Of a stretch of DNA of 64,000 nt, positions 1-12,890 are shown one piece after another. The notes beneath the pieces were generated by a model. The model did no database searches and was not told the DNA's origin. It worked only from the letters and a program-made list of their open reading frames with translations. The position numbers and the translations under genes are program-made. This DNA comes from Cyanophora paradoxa CCMP329 (Eukaryota; Plantae; Glaucophyta): the NCBI GenBank assembly GCA_004431415.1, contig QPMI01000225.1, positions 72,151 to 136,150 of the forward strand, written 5' to 3'. The first letter of the stretch is position 1. Every line of letters starts with the position of its first letter.

Positions 1-1190
1 CGGACCCGTTCGAGCATTGGGGTTGGCTCCCTGCGCGCGCCCATGTCGCAGTGAGCGGCACAGGCGAAGTTGGATCCTAGCGGAAGGTGAGTGAGAGGCC
101 GTCGCAGACGTGGCGCAGGAGGATCTCAACGAGCTCTTGGTTCCCTCTGACCGCCGCGATGTGCAGCTGCCGAAGCGCACACGTGCATCGGTTAATTTTT
201 GCGCACTTAGAGACCATGGCCAGCGCCAGGTCATGGCCATGGGCTCGTCTGGGAAGGACGGCGCACAGCGGAAATTTCATTCTCGCTGGCCGCGTCGACA
301 ACAGCGCCGCCTTCGCAGAGCGCGCGGACGACCTGCGGGGCCGTGGGATCACAGAAGAGTTTGGATGGAGGCGCGCCGGTGCGCATGCAACGCGGCGCAC
401 GCCAATGTGCCCTTCTTCCGCTGCGCCTAGGAGGGCCGTCATCCCTTTTCCTGTGACCGCGGCACAGCGGGTGTGCATCAGCGTGGCTGTGGGTAGATCT
501 AGACGAGTGAGGTGGCAGCGGACCGGTTCGAGCATTTGGGTTGGCTCCCTGCGCGCCCACACCGCAGCTGCAGTGAGCGGCGCAGGCGAGGGCGGACCTC
601 CGGGGATCCCGGCGCGGGTGGTAAGTGATCATGAGGGGACAACGCAGACCAGATGCAGGAGGGTGGCAACGAGCTCTTGGTTCCCGTTGACCGCCGCGAT
701 GTGCAGCTGCCGAAGCGCACACGTGCACCGGTTCACATTGAACCAGCGCCAAGACATGGGCGCGTCTGGGAAGCTTAAGGGCGGCTCACAGCGGTGACTC
801 CGTTCTCGCTGGCCGCGTCGACAACAGCGCCGCCTTCGCAGAGCGCACGGACGACCTGCGGGGCCGTGGGGTCACAGAAGAGTTCGGATGGAAGCGCGCC
901 GGTGCGCATGCACGCGGCGCACGCCAATGTGCCCTTCTTCCGCGGCACTCATGAGGGCCGTGATCCCTTTTCCTGCGGCCCGACCGGAAGCAAAACGAGT
1001 GAGTTTCATCGGCGTGGCGGAGGGGCAGACCTAAACGGGGAAGGTGGCCTGGCAGCGGACCGGTTCGAGCATTGGGGTTGGCTCCCTGCGAGTCCATACC
1101 GCGCGCATGTGCAGTGAGAAGCGCAGGAAAAGGCCGCTCCGCGCGGGATGAGTAAAGGGCGACGCGGACCAGGCGCAGGAGGGCCATGAC
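1..1190. repeat. Tandem ~520-540 bp exon+intron units within the ankyrin gene
   Basis: The anchor TTCGAGCATT-GGGTTGGCTCCCTGCG recurs at about 9, 527 and 1064. The intervening sequence, including introns, aligns with scattered differences. Confidence 0.85.
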
Positions 1191-1339
1191 GGTGCCGTGC
1201 TCGCCTTTCGTTGCGGCTCTGAATTACAGGGGTCAGGCGCCGGCGCCGGCGCGGGGTCCAAAGGCAGCTGGTGGGCGCACTCGATGAGAGATCTTCCATG
1301 CATTCCCAACATGAGCATCGCTGCACTGAGAACTTCCAT
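1..1339 (-). CDS. Ankyrin-repeat protein, multi-exon, 3' end beyond the window's left edge
   Basis: Minus-strand fragments LHIAAVRGNQELVEILLRH, GMTALLGAAEEGH, VVRALCEGGAVVDAA and GANPNARTG fit the ankyrin consensus. They are separated by short introns. The start at 1339 is tentative. Confidence 0.75.
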
Positions 1340-1615
1340 TTGCGCCCGGGAGCTGAAGGATCCGCGTGCAAAGCTTTAAAAGCGACGCGCGCGCGCGTTG
1401 AAAGCCCCAGGAAGACCGGAGGGCGCTTCTGGGCCGCTTGAGAGCCGTAAGAGGCAGCTTAGAGCCTAGCCGTAATGGGTACACTATTTCGGGGCGACGC
1501 TCATTGCGTGACCCAGTTAGACTCAGAATCCGAGCAGATCCAGAGGCCCGAGCTCGAGGCCGCTCCCTTCCGCGCGTGCTCTTCACGCCGCGCACTTGCC
1601 TGCGGGAATAGGAGA

Positions 1616-3814
1616 ATGCCGACACCGCTCGACGGCAATCTCCTCGCCCTCACGGCCATCATTACCGTGGGCCAGCAGGTTCTCTTCTTTGCGATTGCGT
1701 GGACTTTCAAGGTGCCCCCCGCTCCTTGCACGTGCTTCTCCTTGCCGCGCGCTGCGGGCGGCGCACGCTGATCATGATCGCTGCAATCGCATATGCAGTT
1801 CGATACGGTGCCCACCCTCGCAGCGCGCTCGGGAACTATATGGGCGGCCAAGCTGCCAGCCGCGCGGGCATTCTGGGCTGCGGGCGGGCGCGGAAGCTTG
1901 CTGCACGTAGCTATCGGCAGCTCACCAGATCCCGCTAGCGGCCCCCGCACTCGCTCTATGCCCCTTGGCCTGCATCCCGCGGCTCCGCCCCTAACCCCCG
2001 CGCGCCCTCCCCGCGACGATTGCAGGTCACAGATTTCGCGGTTCGCCGGCGATCCTCTAAATTTATCGCGGCGCAGCGGCCGCTGAGCGGCGGCGCAGGG
2101 CGGCACCAACTTTCTCGTCCTTGCCCTCGTCACCTTCTTCGTCGGCGGGTCCTACCTGCCCCGCCAGATCGTCGTGACATGCCTCGTTTGCTTATGGTGC
2201 TCTTACTCTTCTAGAGCCGCGGCGCGGCGCGGCGCCCAGCAGATCATCCACCTCTGAATTTGAATTCGTTTCGCAGGAGCATACGGCTTGCCGGCTTCCT
2301 GCTCATGCGCATCCTCATGTGGTACTCCCCGATAGCTTTCTTGCGGCCTGCCGCATCTAAACCAGCGAGCGCCGCGCACAGGGGCCATGACAACCGCTTT
2401 GACGAAACGCGCAACAACTTCGGCAAGTTCGCCACGTTCTGGTACCCCCCACCCCAGCTCTTCCGCGCCATTCTCGGCGCCTAGGAGAGCCGCGCCGCAG
2501 GATATTCCAGGCGCTCTGGGTGTGGACGGTCTCCCTGCCCGTGACCCTCCTCAACGCGTCGCTGGACAACCCCGAGATCGCCGGTCGCGACATCGCCGGG
2601 TGCGCCTTCGCTCGCCCCTCGCACCCTCCCCCGTCTCCCCTCATCTCCGTTCCCCTAAGCTGGGTCATGTTCGGCGTCGGTCTCGCCATCGAGGCCGTTG
2701 CGGACGTCCAGGTACCCCGGCCCTCCCCCCCCTCCACCCCTCCCCCCCTCCCTCCCCCCCCTCCCTCCCTCCCCCCCCCCTCCCCGCCCCCCGGCCTCGG
2801 CCCTCTCCGCTGCAGCGATCGCAAGTAACTCCACGCGGCGGCGAGCAGAAGCTGCGCTTCAAACAGGACCCCGCCAACAAGGGCAAGTGGTGCTCCGTCG
2901 GCGTCTGGTGCCCCCGCTGATCTGTTTCGCGTACCCCCCGCCGCTTCTCACCTCGCCACCAGGTACTGGACCCGCCACCCGAACTACTTTGGCGAGATGC
3001 TCCTCTGGTGCGGAACCGCGTACTCCCCTCGTTCCCGCCCCCACCTCCTTTGTAACCGGTACCCGGGGCAGGTGGGGGATCTTCACGAGCTGCTCCTCCG
3101 TGTTCATCGGGGACCAGGCCTTCAAGTACTTCTCGGTCATCGGCCCCGCCTTCGTCATGGCGCGATACCCCCCCCCCCCCCCCCTCCCAAGCCCCCTCTC
3201 CCCCCCGCTTTCCGCTTTCCCTCTGCTGATCGAGAGTACCCGAGAGCAGGTCATCCTGCTGCTCCTCTCCGGCATGCCCCTTGTGCGTTTCTGTACCCCT
3301 GCGCCGCACGATTCTGTACCCCCGCAGCCCCTTACTCTTCCCGCAGCTCGAGAAGAGCTCAGATGAGAAGGCAGGCGCCGGAAGCGATGGTACCCCGCCT
3401 CCTGCAGCTGACTGTACCCCGGCCAGTTCGGCCACATGGACGCGTACAAGGAGTACAAGAACTCGACCTCGCCCATCATACCCCTCCCCCGGACCGTCTA
3501 CAGGCCCGCCCCCGCCCCCGCCCTGCACCCCTCCCGCCGCTCCGCTGGCGCCCTGAACCGGTACCCCCGCGGCGGGCAGGGCGCTGCCCCGCTTCGTCAA
3601 GGCGCTCTTCCTCTTCGAGTGGCCCATGTATCAGCACCCGCCCAAGGCGGCGGCGGGGGGGGCCGGCCCGCAGGCCGAGCAGTACAGCACCTTCGTGCAC
3701 ACCACGGGGTACCCGACTTCCCGCGCGGCTCGCTCGAGTCAGCCCCACCCCTCTCATTCCCTCACCGGTAGGAAGCAGGCGCACCAACCGGCGGGGGAAG
3801 TCCGAGTGAGCTGA
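1616..3814 (+). CDS. DUF1295 / steroid 5-alpha-reductase-like membrane protein (~15 exons)
   Basis: Spliced product MPTPLDGNLLALTAIITVGQQ...FK-FDT-VTDFA-GGTNF...GHDNRFDETR...VADVQKLRFK...WYWTRHPNYFGEMLLWWGI...LLLSGMPLLEK. The RHPNYFGE motif is the family hallmark. Confidence 0.9.
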
Positions 3815-4239
3815 GGCGGGGGCGGCTCTGCCCGCGGTCCGACCCTGGTACTAGGCTGGTAGCCGCTGAGCCGGCGCCTCCCAGGCTCGTTCAGCGGCGG
3901 CTGCACCTCATGCACGGCATGCTAGCTATAACTGACTTCCGGTATTTATGGTTTCCAATTTCGAGCAGATTTGATAGTACGTATGCATATTCGAACTGGC
4001 CATGGGAATTCGAACTTAGGAATGATCGGGCGTCGGGCGTACGTGTAACGTGCACGTGCATGCATGCAGGGGGTACGCCCGACGTAGGCGCCTGGCGAGC
4101 CCCTATAGCAAGCGTCGAATTCGAAGCGGCCCGGTACGGCGCAGCCGCCGCCGGAGCCGCGCGCATGCTCCCCGCGGCTGCGCGCTGACTCCGGATTCGC
4201 GCGCGCCGCAGCGAGCGAGCGTAGGATCCGGAGGTGCCA

Positions 4240-5947
4240 ATGCCGCTCTTTGAGACGATTCCGATCGACCAGGAGGAGGTCAAGCGCATCGCTAAGGTGC
4301 CCCTAAGCGTGGATTCGAATCAAAGCGCACCGCGCGGCCGCCGGCGACCCTCGCGCAGGAGCACTGGGGTCTGGAGCTTGGCGCGTGCCTGAAGGCATCT
4401 CAGAACCACACGTTCAAGTGCACGGGCGAGGATGGCGAGCCGCGCGCCCTACGAGTCACGCCCGACCCAAGCATGAAGCGCGACGCGAGCTTCGAGGTCG
4501 AGGCCTCGCTACTCTCGTACGTCTCCAGGCACGGCCTTCCGGTGCGCTCGCCTGCTCGCTCTGCCGCTCCCGCCCGCTTCCGATTGCGCCTCGCACGCGC
4601 GCGGGCAGGTCTGCGCGCCCATTCCGAGCAGGAAGAGCGGGGCGAGCTTCGTGCGCGAGGGGTCGCTGCTCCTCTGCGCCTTCCCGTGGGCCCGCGGCGA
4701 CGCCGTCAACTACTTCGAGTGGAAGTGGCTCACCGAGCAGGCGCGCCCGGCCTGCGCCCGCGCCCCTCCTGGCCTCACCCGTCTGTCTTTCCAGAACCAA
4801 GTGGAGGCTGTTGGCAGCTGGTTCGCCGCCCATCCCCCGACCCGCTGGCTGCTGTGCGCCAGCCAACCCGGCGGCCGCGAGATCGATATCGCCGCAGGCT
4901 CGCGCGCTTCCACGTCCTCTCGCGCCGGTTCGCGCGGGAGCACCCGGAGATCGCGTCCAAGGCCCGCGCGCTCTCCTTCCCTTTGACTTCTCTGGCGCTC
5001 TCAGCCGACAGGACAGCCGCGCGCAGGCGCGGGACTACACGGAGCTGCACGAGGGCTGCCTCGCCGGGGCGCCCGTCTCGCCGGAGGACGCGGCGGCGCG
5101 GGGCGACGCGGCGGCGTACGGCGTGCTGCACGGGGACGTTAACCCCTCGAACTTCCACTGGGACGCGGCCGCCGGCGAGGTCGTCGTCTTCGACTGGGAC
5201 CAGGTCGAGCGCGCCTGGTTCCTCTACGACCTCGTGACCCCTCCCCCGCGGCCTCGCGCGCCCCCTCGCCGCCGCCCTCGCGCCGACGCGGCCCGGGGCG
5301 CAGGCGCAGCCGATCTGGGGCGTGGTGATGCTGGCGGGGGCCGGCTCCCCCCTCGACCACTCCAAGGTCCCCGAGGCCGACGTCGCCCGCTACACCGGTG
5401 CCCCCGCCCCGCCCTCCCCGCACCCCATCCGGGGCGGGCCCGCCCCTGCCGCGCTGCGCTCACTTAAGCTTGGTGCCCCCCCGTCCCAGATCAAATCGTG
5501 GCTGCGTACGAGCGCGGCCTCGCGGCGGCGGGCGAGCCGGCCGCAGTCGACCGGTCCGCCCGCTCCCCGGGGCCGCCCGCCCCTCGAGCTCGGGGCCGAG
5601 CGGGGGCGGCAGGGGGGCGCTGGGGCGGATGGTGGAGCTGCGCCGCGAGTTCTACTACCGCTTCTGCAGGTGCCGAGTGCGTCCCCCGCCCCAGCCCGGC
5701 TGACGTGCGCTCACCGCGGCCCCCGCGCGCAGGCGGGCCGTCGGGGAGCTCGACGCGGACTCCTTCATGGGTGCGCCCGCCGCCGCTCCAAGCTTAAGGC
5801 CCCGAGGCGCTCTCCGAAGGAGACGTCGAGCTGGCCTCCTCCTGAGCGGGGGCGGGGCGGGGCGCGCTCCGGCACGCAGGCAAGTTCTGCAACTACATCG
5901 TCCGCTGGATCGAAGGGGAGCGGGCGGGGGGCCCCCGCGCGCAGTGA
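4240..5947 (+). CDS. APH/choline-kinase-like phosphotransferase (homoserine kinase type II-like fold)
   Basis: Spliced product contains LARFH, the Brenner-type motif VLHGDVNPSNF and the metal-binding motif VVFDWD. ATG at 4240, TGA at 5945-5947. Confidence 0.85.
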
Positions 5948-6961
5948 CCGCTAGCGCTCGAGGGCGGGCCCAGCGCTCGAGGCCGCGAGCTCCGAGGCTC
6001 GAGGCCGGGCCCTCGCCGGGCGGGGCACGGCGGAGCGCTCGTGAAGCCCGAGCTCGAGGAGACGGCGCCGGCTGCACGTGCCCCGCGCGCAGCGCTGTCG
6101 GCTCTGGCCCTGCATGCTATATTGAATTTAACCAGATAGCTACGATATATACGTGTACTGATTTGCTCTATATCTATGACCCGTGACCCGTTACGGCGTG
6201 GCTTGAGTCGGGATCATCGGATCACTTCAACTTGCAATTGGCAATGAAAATTGTGGCCATAACGCTGGCACCGATCATTGTTCACACATGCCGTACAAAT
6301 ATCGGATCGAAGCTCTGAGGCTTGTAGGCCTTAATCAAGCTAGCCTAGTAGGCTAAGCTTCAAGGATGCCATCACTGAGTCATGGCATGATGAAGAATTC
6401 GAACGTATACGTAAAGCACAAATTTAAACTCGAGATCGTGCAAGCCCGACGGCGAAATTTCGAAGTTCAAAATGGCTGCTTCAAAGAACTGTGATGCAGT
6501 TGTCGGGCAATGCTTATGCATATGTTAACTTAGCTTGGAAGTCAAAGAATCTGCATGATCATGGTGCATGGGAGGCAGCGGCCGGATTGCGGCTGACTGC
6601 GGCTTTCGATGTGGATGAGCAATACTGAAAGCCACTTGCTGCGGCGGACAAATGCATTCATATCGGGCTCGGCAGCTCGAGAACAAGCGGCTCAGAGCCG
6701 GGATAAAGACAATGTTGATGAACAAAACAGACTACAATTATAAAAGCTACGGCCCTCATCACACGAGCTTAATTACGAAACGAGGGCAGCTAGGGTCACT
6801 CGGGGGATCTACGACTCTGCACGAGCTACGAACGCCTCGCGATGGGACGAGGAGACCTTCTCGCAAGGGCAAGCACAACCACACCGACTCTACAAAAAAT
6901 CTACACGGACGGCGCGACGTGTATCACACGGGCGCCCCCGGGCGGCTCGGGGGCCGCGGCC

Positions 6962-8864
6962 TTAGAGGGAGCCGACGAGGCGGGCAGTGCGGAAGGTGCC
7001 GAGCAGGTTGTGGGCGGCGTTGGAGTGGTCGTAGACGCCGCCGTTGAAGGCGGCGCCGACGTCCTTGCCGATGAAGGGTTCCATGATGGCGCGGCCGCCG
7101 GGGTGCGTGGGGACGAAGTCGGTGACGTCGTGCACGATGCCCTCGACGACGACGAGCGCCTTCTTGCCCTCCTTGTTCTCCGACGAGCGCGAGAGCTTCT
7201 TGAACTCGGCGACGCTCATCTCGGGGAGGTGGGCGGGGTCGACGGCCCACTTGACGTGCGCCTTGATCGCGTCGAGGCGCTTCTGCTCCATCTGGATGCG
7301 GCCCTTGACGACCTCGTTTTGAGGGAAGGTGTGCAGGTTGTACGTGAGGCCGACCCACGAGCAGATGCGGATGAGCCACTTGGTCGGGTCGTACTGGAAG
7401 AACTTGATCGCGTTGCGGTAGTCGCCGGGGAACTCGTGGTGGAAGTTGTGGTACCCCTCGCCCATGGTCGCGAGCGCGGTAATCCACGAGTCGCGCGGGG
7501 TGTGCGTGTCGGCGAAGGGCTGGTCGCCGATCATGTGCGCGATCGAGTTGATGCAGAAGGTCGACTGGTGCACCATCACCTGCCGCAGCACGCCGGCGAT
7601 GAGGAACCCGCCCTTCCAGTCGCCCCAGAAGTAGCTGCCCGGCCGCGATTCTCAGCGGGGGCGCGCGGCTCGGAGCGAGAGGCGCTGGCGCACCCGGCGA
7701 CGAAGGTGGGGATGCCGAAGGAGCAGAGGGGGCCGAACCAGGAGTAGTGCTTGTGCTGCCAGCGGACGAGGAGGTCGGCGTTGAGGTCGGAGATGTCGCA
7801 GCGGCCGATCTTCTTCGTGTCCTGCTTGAGCAGCATCCAGCCCATGTGCGAGTAGAAGAAGCCCTTCTTCGCCGAGTAGGGGTCCTGCGCGGCGCCCCGT
7901 CAGCGGCGGATCCGCCCGCGCCGGCGAGCCGGTCGCGCGAGCCTTCTCAGTGTCAACGAAGCGGTGGTGGGCGCGGTGGTCGCGGCTCCACCAGCGGATC
8001 GAGCTGCGGGCGCGCGACGCGAATCGGCGGCGGCGGCGGCGGCTGCTCGCGCGTCGGGACTCGGGGCTACGCACCCCTCGAGAGCGCCGGTCCCCATGAT
8101 CAAAAGCATGAGCTGCATCGGCAGGCGAGCGTCGTACGAGCGGTGGGCCCAGTAGCGGTGGTAGCCTGGGGCCAGAGGTCAGACGTCACGCGCGTCACGG
8201 GTGTGGGCGGCGGGTTGCGGGCGCACCAGCAGTGATGCCGAGGCCAGTCAGGTAGTACCAGACGAAGGCCCACGTATACGTCTTGACGTTGAAGTCGCAA
8301 GTGAAGACGCCATACGCGGCAAGGACAGGGGTGCCGAGCAGGAGAGGCACATGGAGCCAGTTAAGAGTAGCAAGGAAGGCCTGCGCGACGGTCTGGTTAG
8401 ATCTCCGACGAGCGAGATGGCGGGAAAGGGTCCCGCGTCACGTATGCAAATCGCCGACGCGCCTTCAGCGACTCGAGGATGGGGGTCGCGTTGGGATCCT
8501 GCTGACCGAAGAAGAGCTGCATGAATGACGTCAGAGAAGCGTGGGACTGGGTCCGAGAGCCGGAGCGGGGCGCACCGCGATGCCGGCGGCGAGCACAACC
8601 CAAACGCACGCCGAATAGTAATAGGGGAGAAACGAGGAAGCCACGCCTGCGGCAATGGCAGCCCCGGCGAACGCAGCAGGAACGCCGAGCTCCTCGAGCT
8701 GCCGAGTGGATAACGTCAGTCTCCCGCGCATGTGAACTGCGCGCGCGAGGGCCAACCGGCGTGGGCTTCTCGTTCACGGCCTCGACGGCAGCCTTCTGCT
8801 CATAGATCGGAGTGTAGTGGGCCTCGCGGAGGTCGATCTGGTCGACCTGGCAGTTCGGAGCCAT
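6962..8864 (-). CDS. OLE1: Acyl-CoA delta-9 desaturase with C-terminal cytochrome b5 (OLE1 type)
   Basis: His boxes GYHRYWAH, DHRAHHRFVD and GEGYHNFHH, the motif YDPTKWLI, and a C-terminal b5 domain (HDVTDFVPTHPGG). Confidence 0.95.
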
Positions 8865-10541
8865 CGCTGGGTCGGCGGGCTGCGCGCGGACAACGTCAGG
8901 GCGACAGAGGAGAGGCCCCCGAGCGTTCAGGATGCACCAGAAGAGATCTTGTGAGGATGAGAAATGGACGCGCAGCCTGACGCGCAGGATCTCACCACCC
9001 GCGTGACTAATGCCCTGCACGTGTTGCAACTAGCCCAACTTGGTACCCCTGCTAGACATCGCTGAGGATCGCTCAGGAGTCAGGATCGCTGAGGATCGCT
9101 TAGGATTGCTGACGCTTAATGCTGAGCGCTGCGCGGCTGCTTCTTCGCAACTTTCGACTGGCGTGCGCAATAGATGCCGCGTGCGGTCTCAGCGGTATCA
9201 TCGGGAGTGCTCGGCAGCTGGCTCGAACGGCTACCTTCGGCCTGTGCAGACTGTACCGGATACCAGCGCGCCGCTTTCGCAGAGGCGACAGAGCGCGCGC
9301 CGCGCGTCGCGCGCTCGGCTGCCGAGGCAGGCCGGCGCCTAGGCCTAGCTATAGGCATGCGAGGGCGCGGTTTTCGTCCGCGGACGTGGGCGCAATCGAG
9401 GAACGATGTTCCGCGCGAACCGTTGAACTTTTGTGAATCGAATTAGGTGCTGATTCACAGCCTGCCTTCCTCGACGCTTGAGCGGGTCCCCCTCGACGAT
9501 CGGACGCTGCAGCTGGGCGTGCTGGCGGCGCGCGATGCGTGCGCGCGGGGCTCCGCCCCCTCCACCCCCCTCCCCCCCTCCCGCCCCCCCTCCCCCCCCC
9601 TTCCCCCCCCCCCTCTCCCGCGCCCGCCCCCACGCCACCCTGTAGCCCAACTCCGAGTTGACGCCGCGGGGTATGCGCAGTTCCAGTGACGCATGCATGG
9701 CCTCCTCGCGAACGCCGGGCCTGGCGCCGGCGCCGCTGTGCTACCCGACGTCAGCTTTTCGCAACGAACCCTCCCGCCCCGGCCGGCGCCCCCTCCCCCC
9801 CTAGGCCTCCCCTCCCGCCCCCCCCCCCCCCCCCTGCCCCAATCCCCCTCCTCCCGAACCATATATACCCCCCTCCCCCCTTCCCGAACCATACCAAACC
9901 CACTCCGCGGCTTTAACTCCCCAAGCAGGTACGAACCTTCACGCTCAGGTGAGCTTTCTCGCATGCGCTCAGATGCTATCCGGTCCGCTTGGATCTAAGC
10001 TGAGCGCAGGCCGCTCCGTCACACGGCGTGTGGCCGCCGGGCGACGTCGACGTCGACCGCAGCGTACGCGGGGATCATAATTTTTATAATCAAGTATACA
10101 TACGTACGCTAACTAGTAAGATGTACTTAGTCTTCACAAAGTATATCGAAACTTTGAAACTACATACACAACTGAGTCACTGAATCATTATGAAATTACT
10201 GTACATGTGTAGAATACTAGTACTCCGATAAGCGCAACTCTATCTATCTGTATCATAGTATGGACGTAAAACGCAACTGCCCCACGAAATTAAATCTCAT
10301 CGATCAGGATCGTGCCAGCGTACACAGCGACAACTACTCTAGAAACAATCTAGATCCACTAGGTCAATGGCCAGCCTGGCAAGACTGAAATGAAAGCTCG
10401 CGTGCATGAGATGCGGCAACGTGGCAGGCTAGAGTACGGCTAAGCGGCTAGGCGGGAGCTCGGAAGCCTGAAAAAGAAAGACTGGCGTGCCAAGGTGAAC
10501 CGCTTAACAAATAGCGATAGCTAAGATCAAAATGCAGAGGT

Positions 10542-12480
10542 TCAGCAGGGGACGACCTGGACGGGGCCGTTCTCGGAGTCGCCGCCGGCGGCGGCCGCGG
10601 CGGAGCGCATGCGCGCCGTGCTCGCGAGCCTCGACGCCAGCTGCCGATCCGCTTCTCAGGCCAACGAACTCGAAAGGGGACGGCTCACTGGGCCGTGGGG
10701 GCGGACCTGGCGGAGGGTCTCGCGCTGCGCCTCGCATACCTGCCCCGGAAATTGTGAGCAAACAAGGTGAAGACATGTACAGGCCTTGAAAGCAGCCCCC
10801 GAAGGGGGGCGGGGGGGGGGGGGGGGGGGGCGAAGAGGGGAGGGGGGGGGTACCTGCTGGCGGGCGGCGGCGACGAAGCGGTCGAAGGCGGCGGGGGAGA
10901 TGTTCCGGTAGTGCATCTCGCGGGGGGAGAGCTCCACCTGCCCGCCCCGGCTCAGCCGGCGGGCCCCGGAGGGGATGAGGGCGGGGCCGGGGCGGGCTCG
11001 GGCCTGGAAGCGGAGGAACTCGACGTTCTCGGGGCGCTCGGCGCCGCCCTCGGCCCCCGCGCTCATCGCCTCCAGCAGCATGCTCGGCACGCTCTCCTGC
11101 GACCTCCACAGGTACGAGATGATCGGGAAGAGCCACCTGCCCGCCAGCCGCGCGCCCCCGTGAGGCCCCGATCCGGGGAGGGCGGCGCGCCGGCCGGGGG
11201 AGTTCGAGGGCGCACCCGATGGCGCTGCGGTTGCGGAGGGCGCGGCGGCGCTCGGGGCGGGGGCGGCGGGCCTCGCCGGTGCCGATGGAGACGACGAGGA
11301 TCTTGGCGGTGGGGTAGAGCCGCCGGGCCTCGTTGTACGCCAGCAGCGCCGGGTTCGCCGCCCACAGGCCCCTGCCGCACCGCCTTCAGCGCCCCGCCCC
11401 CGGCCCCGCCCACGAGGCGGCCGGGCCGGGGCGCGGACCCGTCCACGAAGACGTGGCCGGCGGGGGCGCGGCGTTGGGGCCGTGGGCGCGGGGCGCCGCG
11501 CGGGCGCCAGGGCGACGGGCGGGTGCACCGTCGGCGCCCTGCGCGCCGCCCTCGAACCGGCGGGGGCCGAGGGCGAGCGTGGGGCGGGCCACGACCACCG
11601 CAGCACGTCGCCGTGGCGGTAGTCGTCGGCGGCCTCCTCGCGGGCGGCGCGGCTGCGGAAGACGAAGGGGGCGTCCGCCTCGAGGTCGCAGGCGGGGACG
11701 ACGAGGGCCCCGCGGACGTCGCTGAGGTGGAAGTCCCCCGTGAGGGCGTCGAAGGTCGCGTGCACGCGCCCGTGGTCCAGCGTCGGGGCCCAGCACGGCA
11801 GCACCGCCCGCGCCAAGCCCTCCACCACCCGCGCCCCCAGCGACGTCCACATCCCCGTGATCTCCCGGTACCCGTCCCTCATGTACTGCAGCTGCGGGGC
11901 CGGGAGGGGGCGTGTCAGTCTCCCATGGCGGCGGGGGAGGGGGAGGGGGGAAGGGGGGCACCGCGTCGGCGGCGCTCCAGCCCTTGCCGCGATGGTGGCC
12001 GGTGGCGAGCTCGGGGGGGAGGAGGAGGGCGCCGAGGCCGATGGCGCCGGCCGAGGTGCCGGCGAAGACGTCGAAGAGGTCGGCGACGCGGCGCCCCGCG
12101 AGGGCCTCCAGCTCGGCGAGGACCGCCATGCTGATGACCCCGCGGTAGCCGCCCGCGTCGAGCGAGAGCACCGTCACCAGCCGCGCCTCGGCCGCCGAGC
12201 CCCGCCGCGACGCCACGGCCGAGGAGGCGGCGCTGGGCGCCCCCAGGAGCGCCGCGGCGGAGGACGGGGCGCTGAGGAGCGCCTCCGCCTCCTCTTCCAG
12301 GTCATGGGCCTCGACCGCGCCGCGGCCTCGGCCCGCTGCAGCGGCAGCCCACGGCGCGGCCGGCGCGGCCTCAGGTGGGTCGGAGGGTCCAGATGTGGAT
12401 CCGGGTTCGGCCGCTTCGTTGGCTGGGCTGGGGTCTACTCGCACAGCTGGGCGCACTTGGACGAGAGACCCCTTCCGCAT
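10542..12480 (-). CDS. Patatin-like phospholipase
   Basis: Oxyanion motif VLSLDAGGYRG, catalytic Ser motif FAGTSAGA, and HVFVDG(G). The spliced C-terminus ends ...GPVQVVPC* at 10542. Confidence 0.88.
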
Positions 12481-12890
12481 CGACCCGCTGACGCCGCTGC
12501 TGCAAAGCTCCTGTCAACGTCAACGGTGTGGTGTTCAATAGGATCGCACAGCGGTAGCCGCAGCCCGGAGCCGCCGAGGCAGCTTATAACTTCTGCTGGT
12601 CGAAATGATAATCTTTGAGGAGCACAAGGACCGGACGAGCGCGGAGTCCGGGATGCGATCGGGGTCAAAGAGGCAAAATCGGCCCGCCGGCCGGCCACGT
12701 GGAACTCGTGACGCGAGATCTACAGTCCTGACGAGTTGCGCATGCTTTGCGGGCCTAGGGTGCGAAGGAACTCTGAGGACGCTTTTTTTTACGCTCGAGC
12801 TCGCGGGTACTTGAATCTTCGCGTGGCAGTTACAGCAGGCCGCGACAGCAGGCGTGGGGCGAGCAGGAACCCGGCCGTGCCGGTGGGCGA

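Noticed and set aside
2720-2790. Long C/G homopolymer tracts (also 9560-9620, 10805-10850 and 15270-15340) as G-quadruplex elements
   Set aside because: They are the ordinary C-rich 5' portions of introns here, and their lengths are unreliable in sequencing.
9447-9960. Possible small spliced gene (LERVPLDDRTLQLGVL...AQLRVDAAGYAQF)
   Set aside because: It has an in-frame stop, no start and no recognisable family; at most a gene relic.
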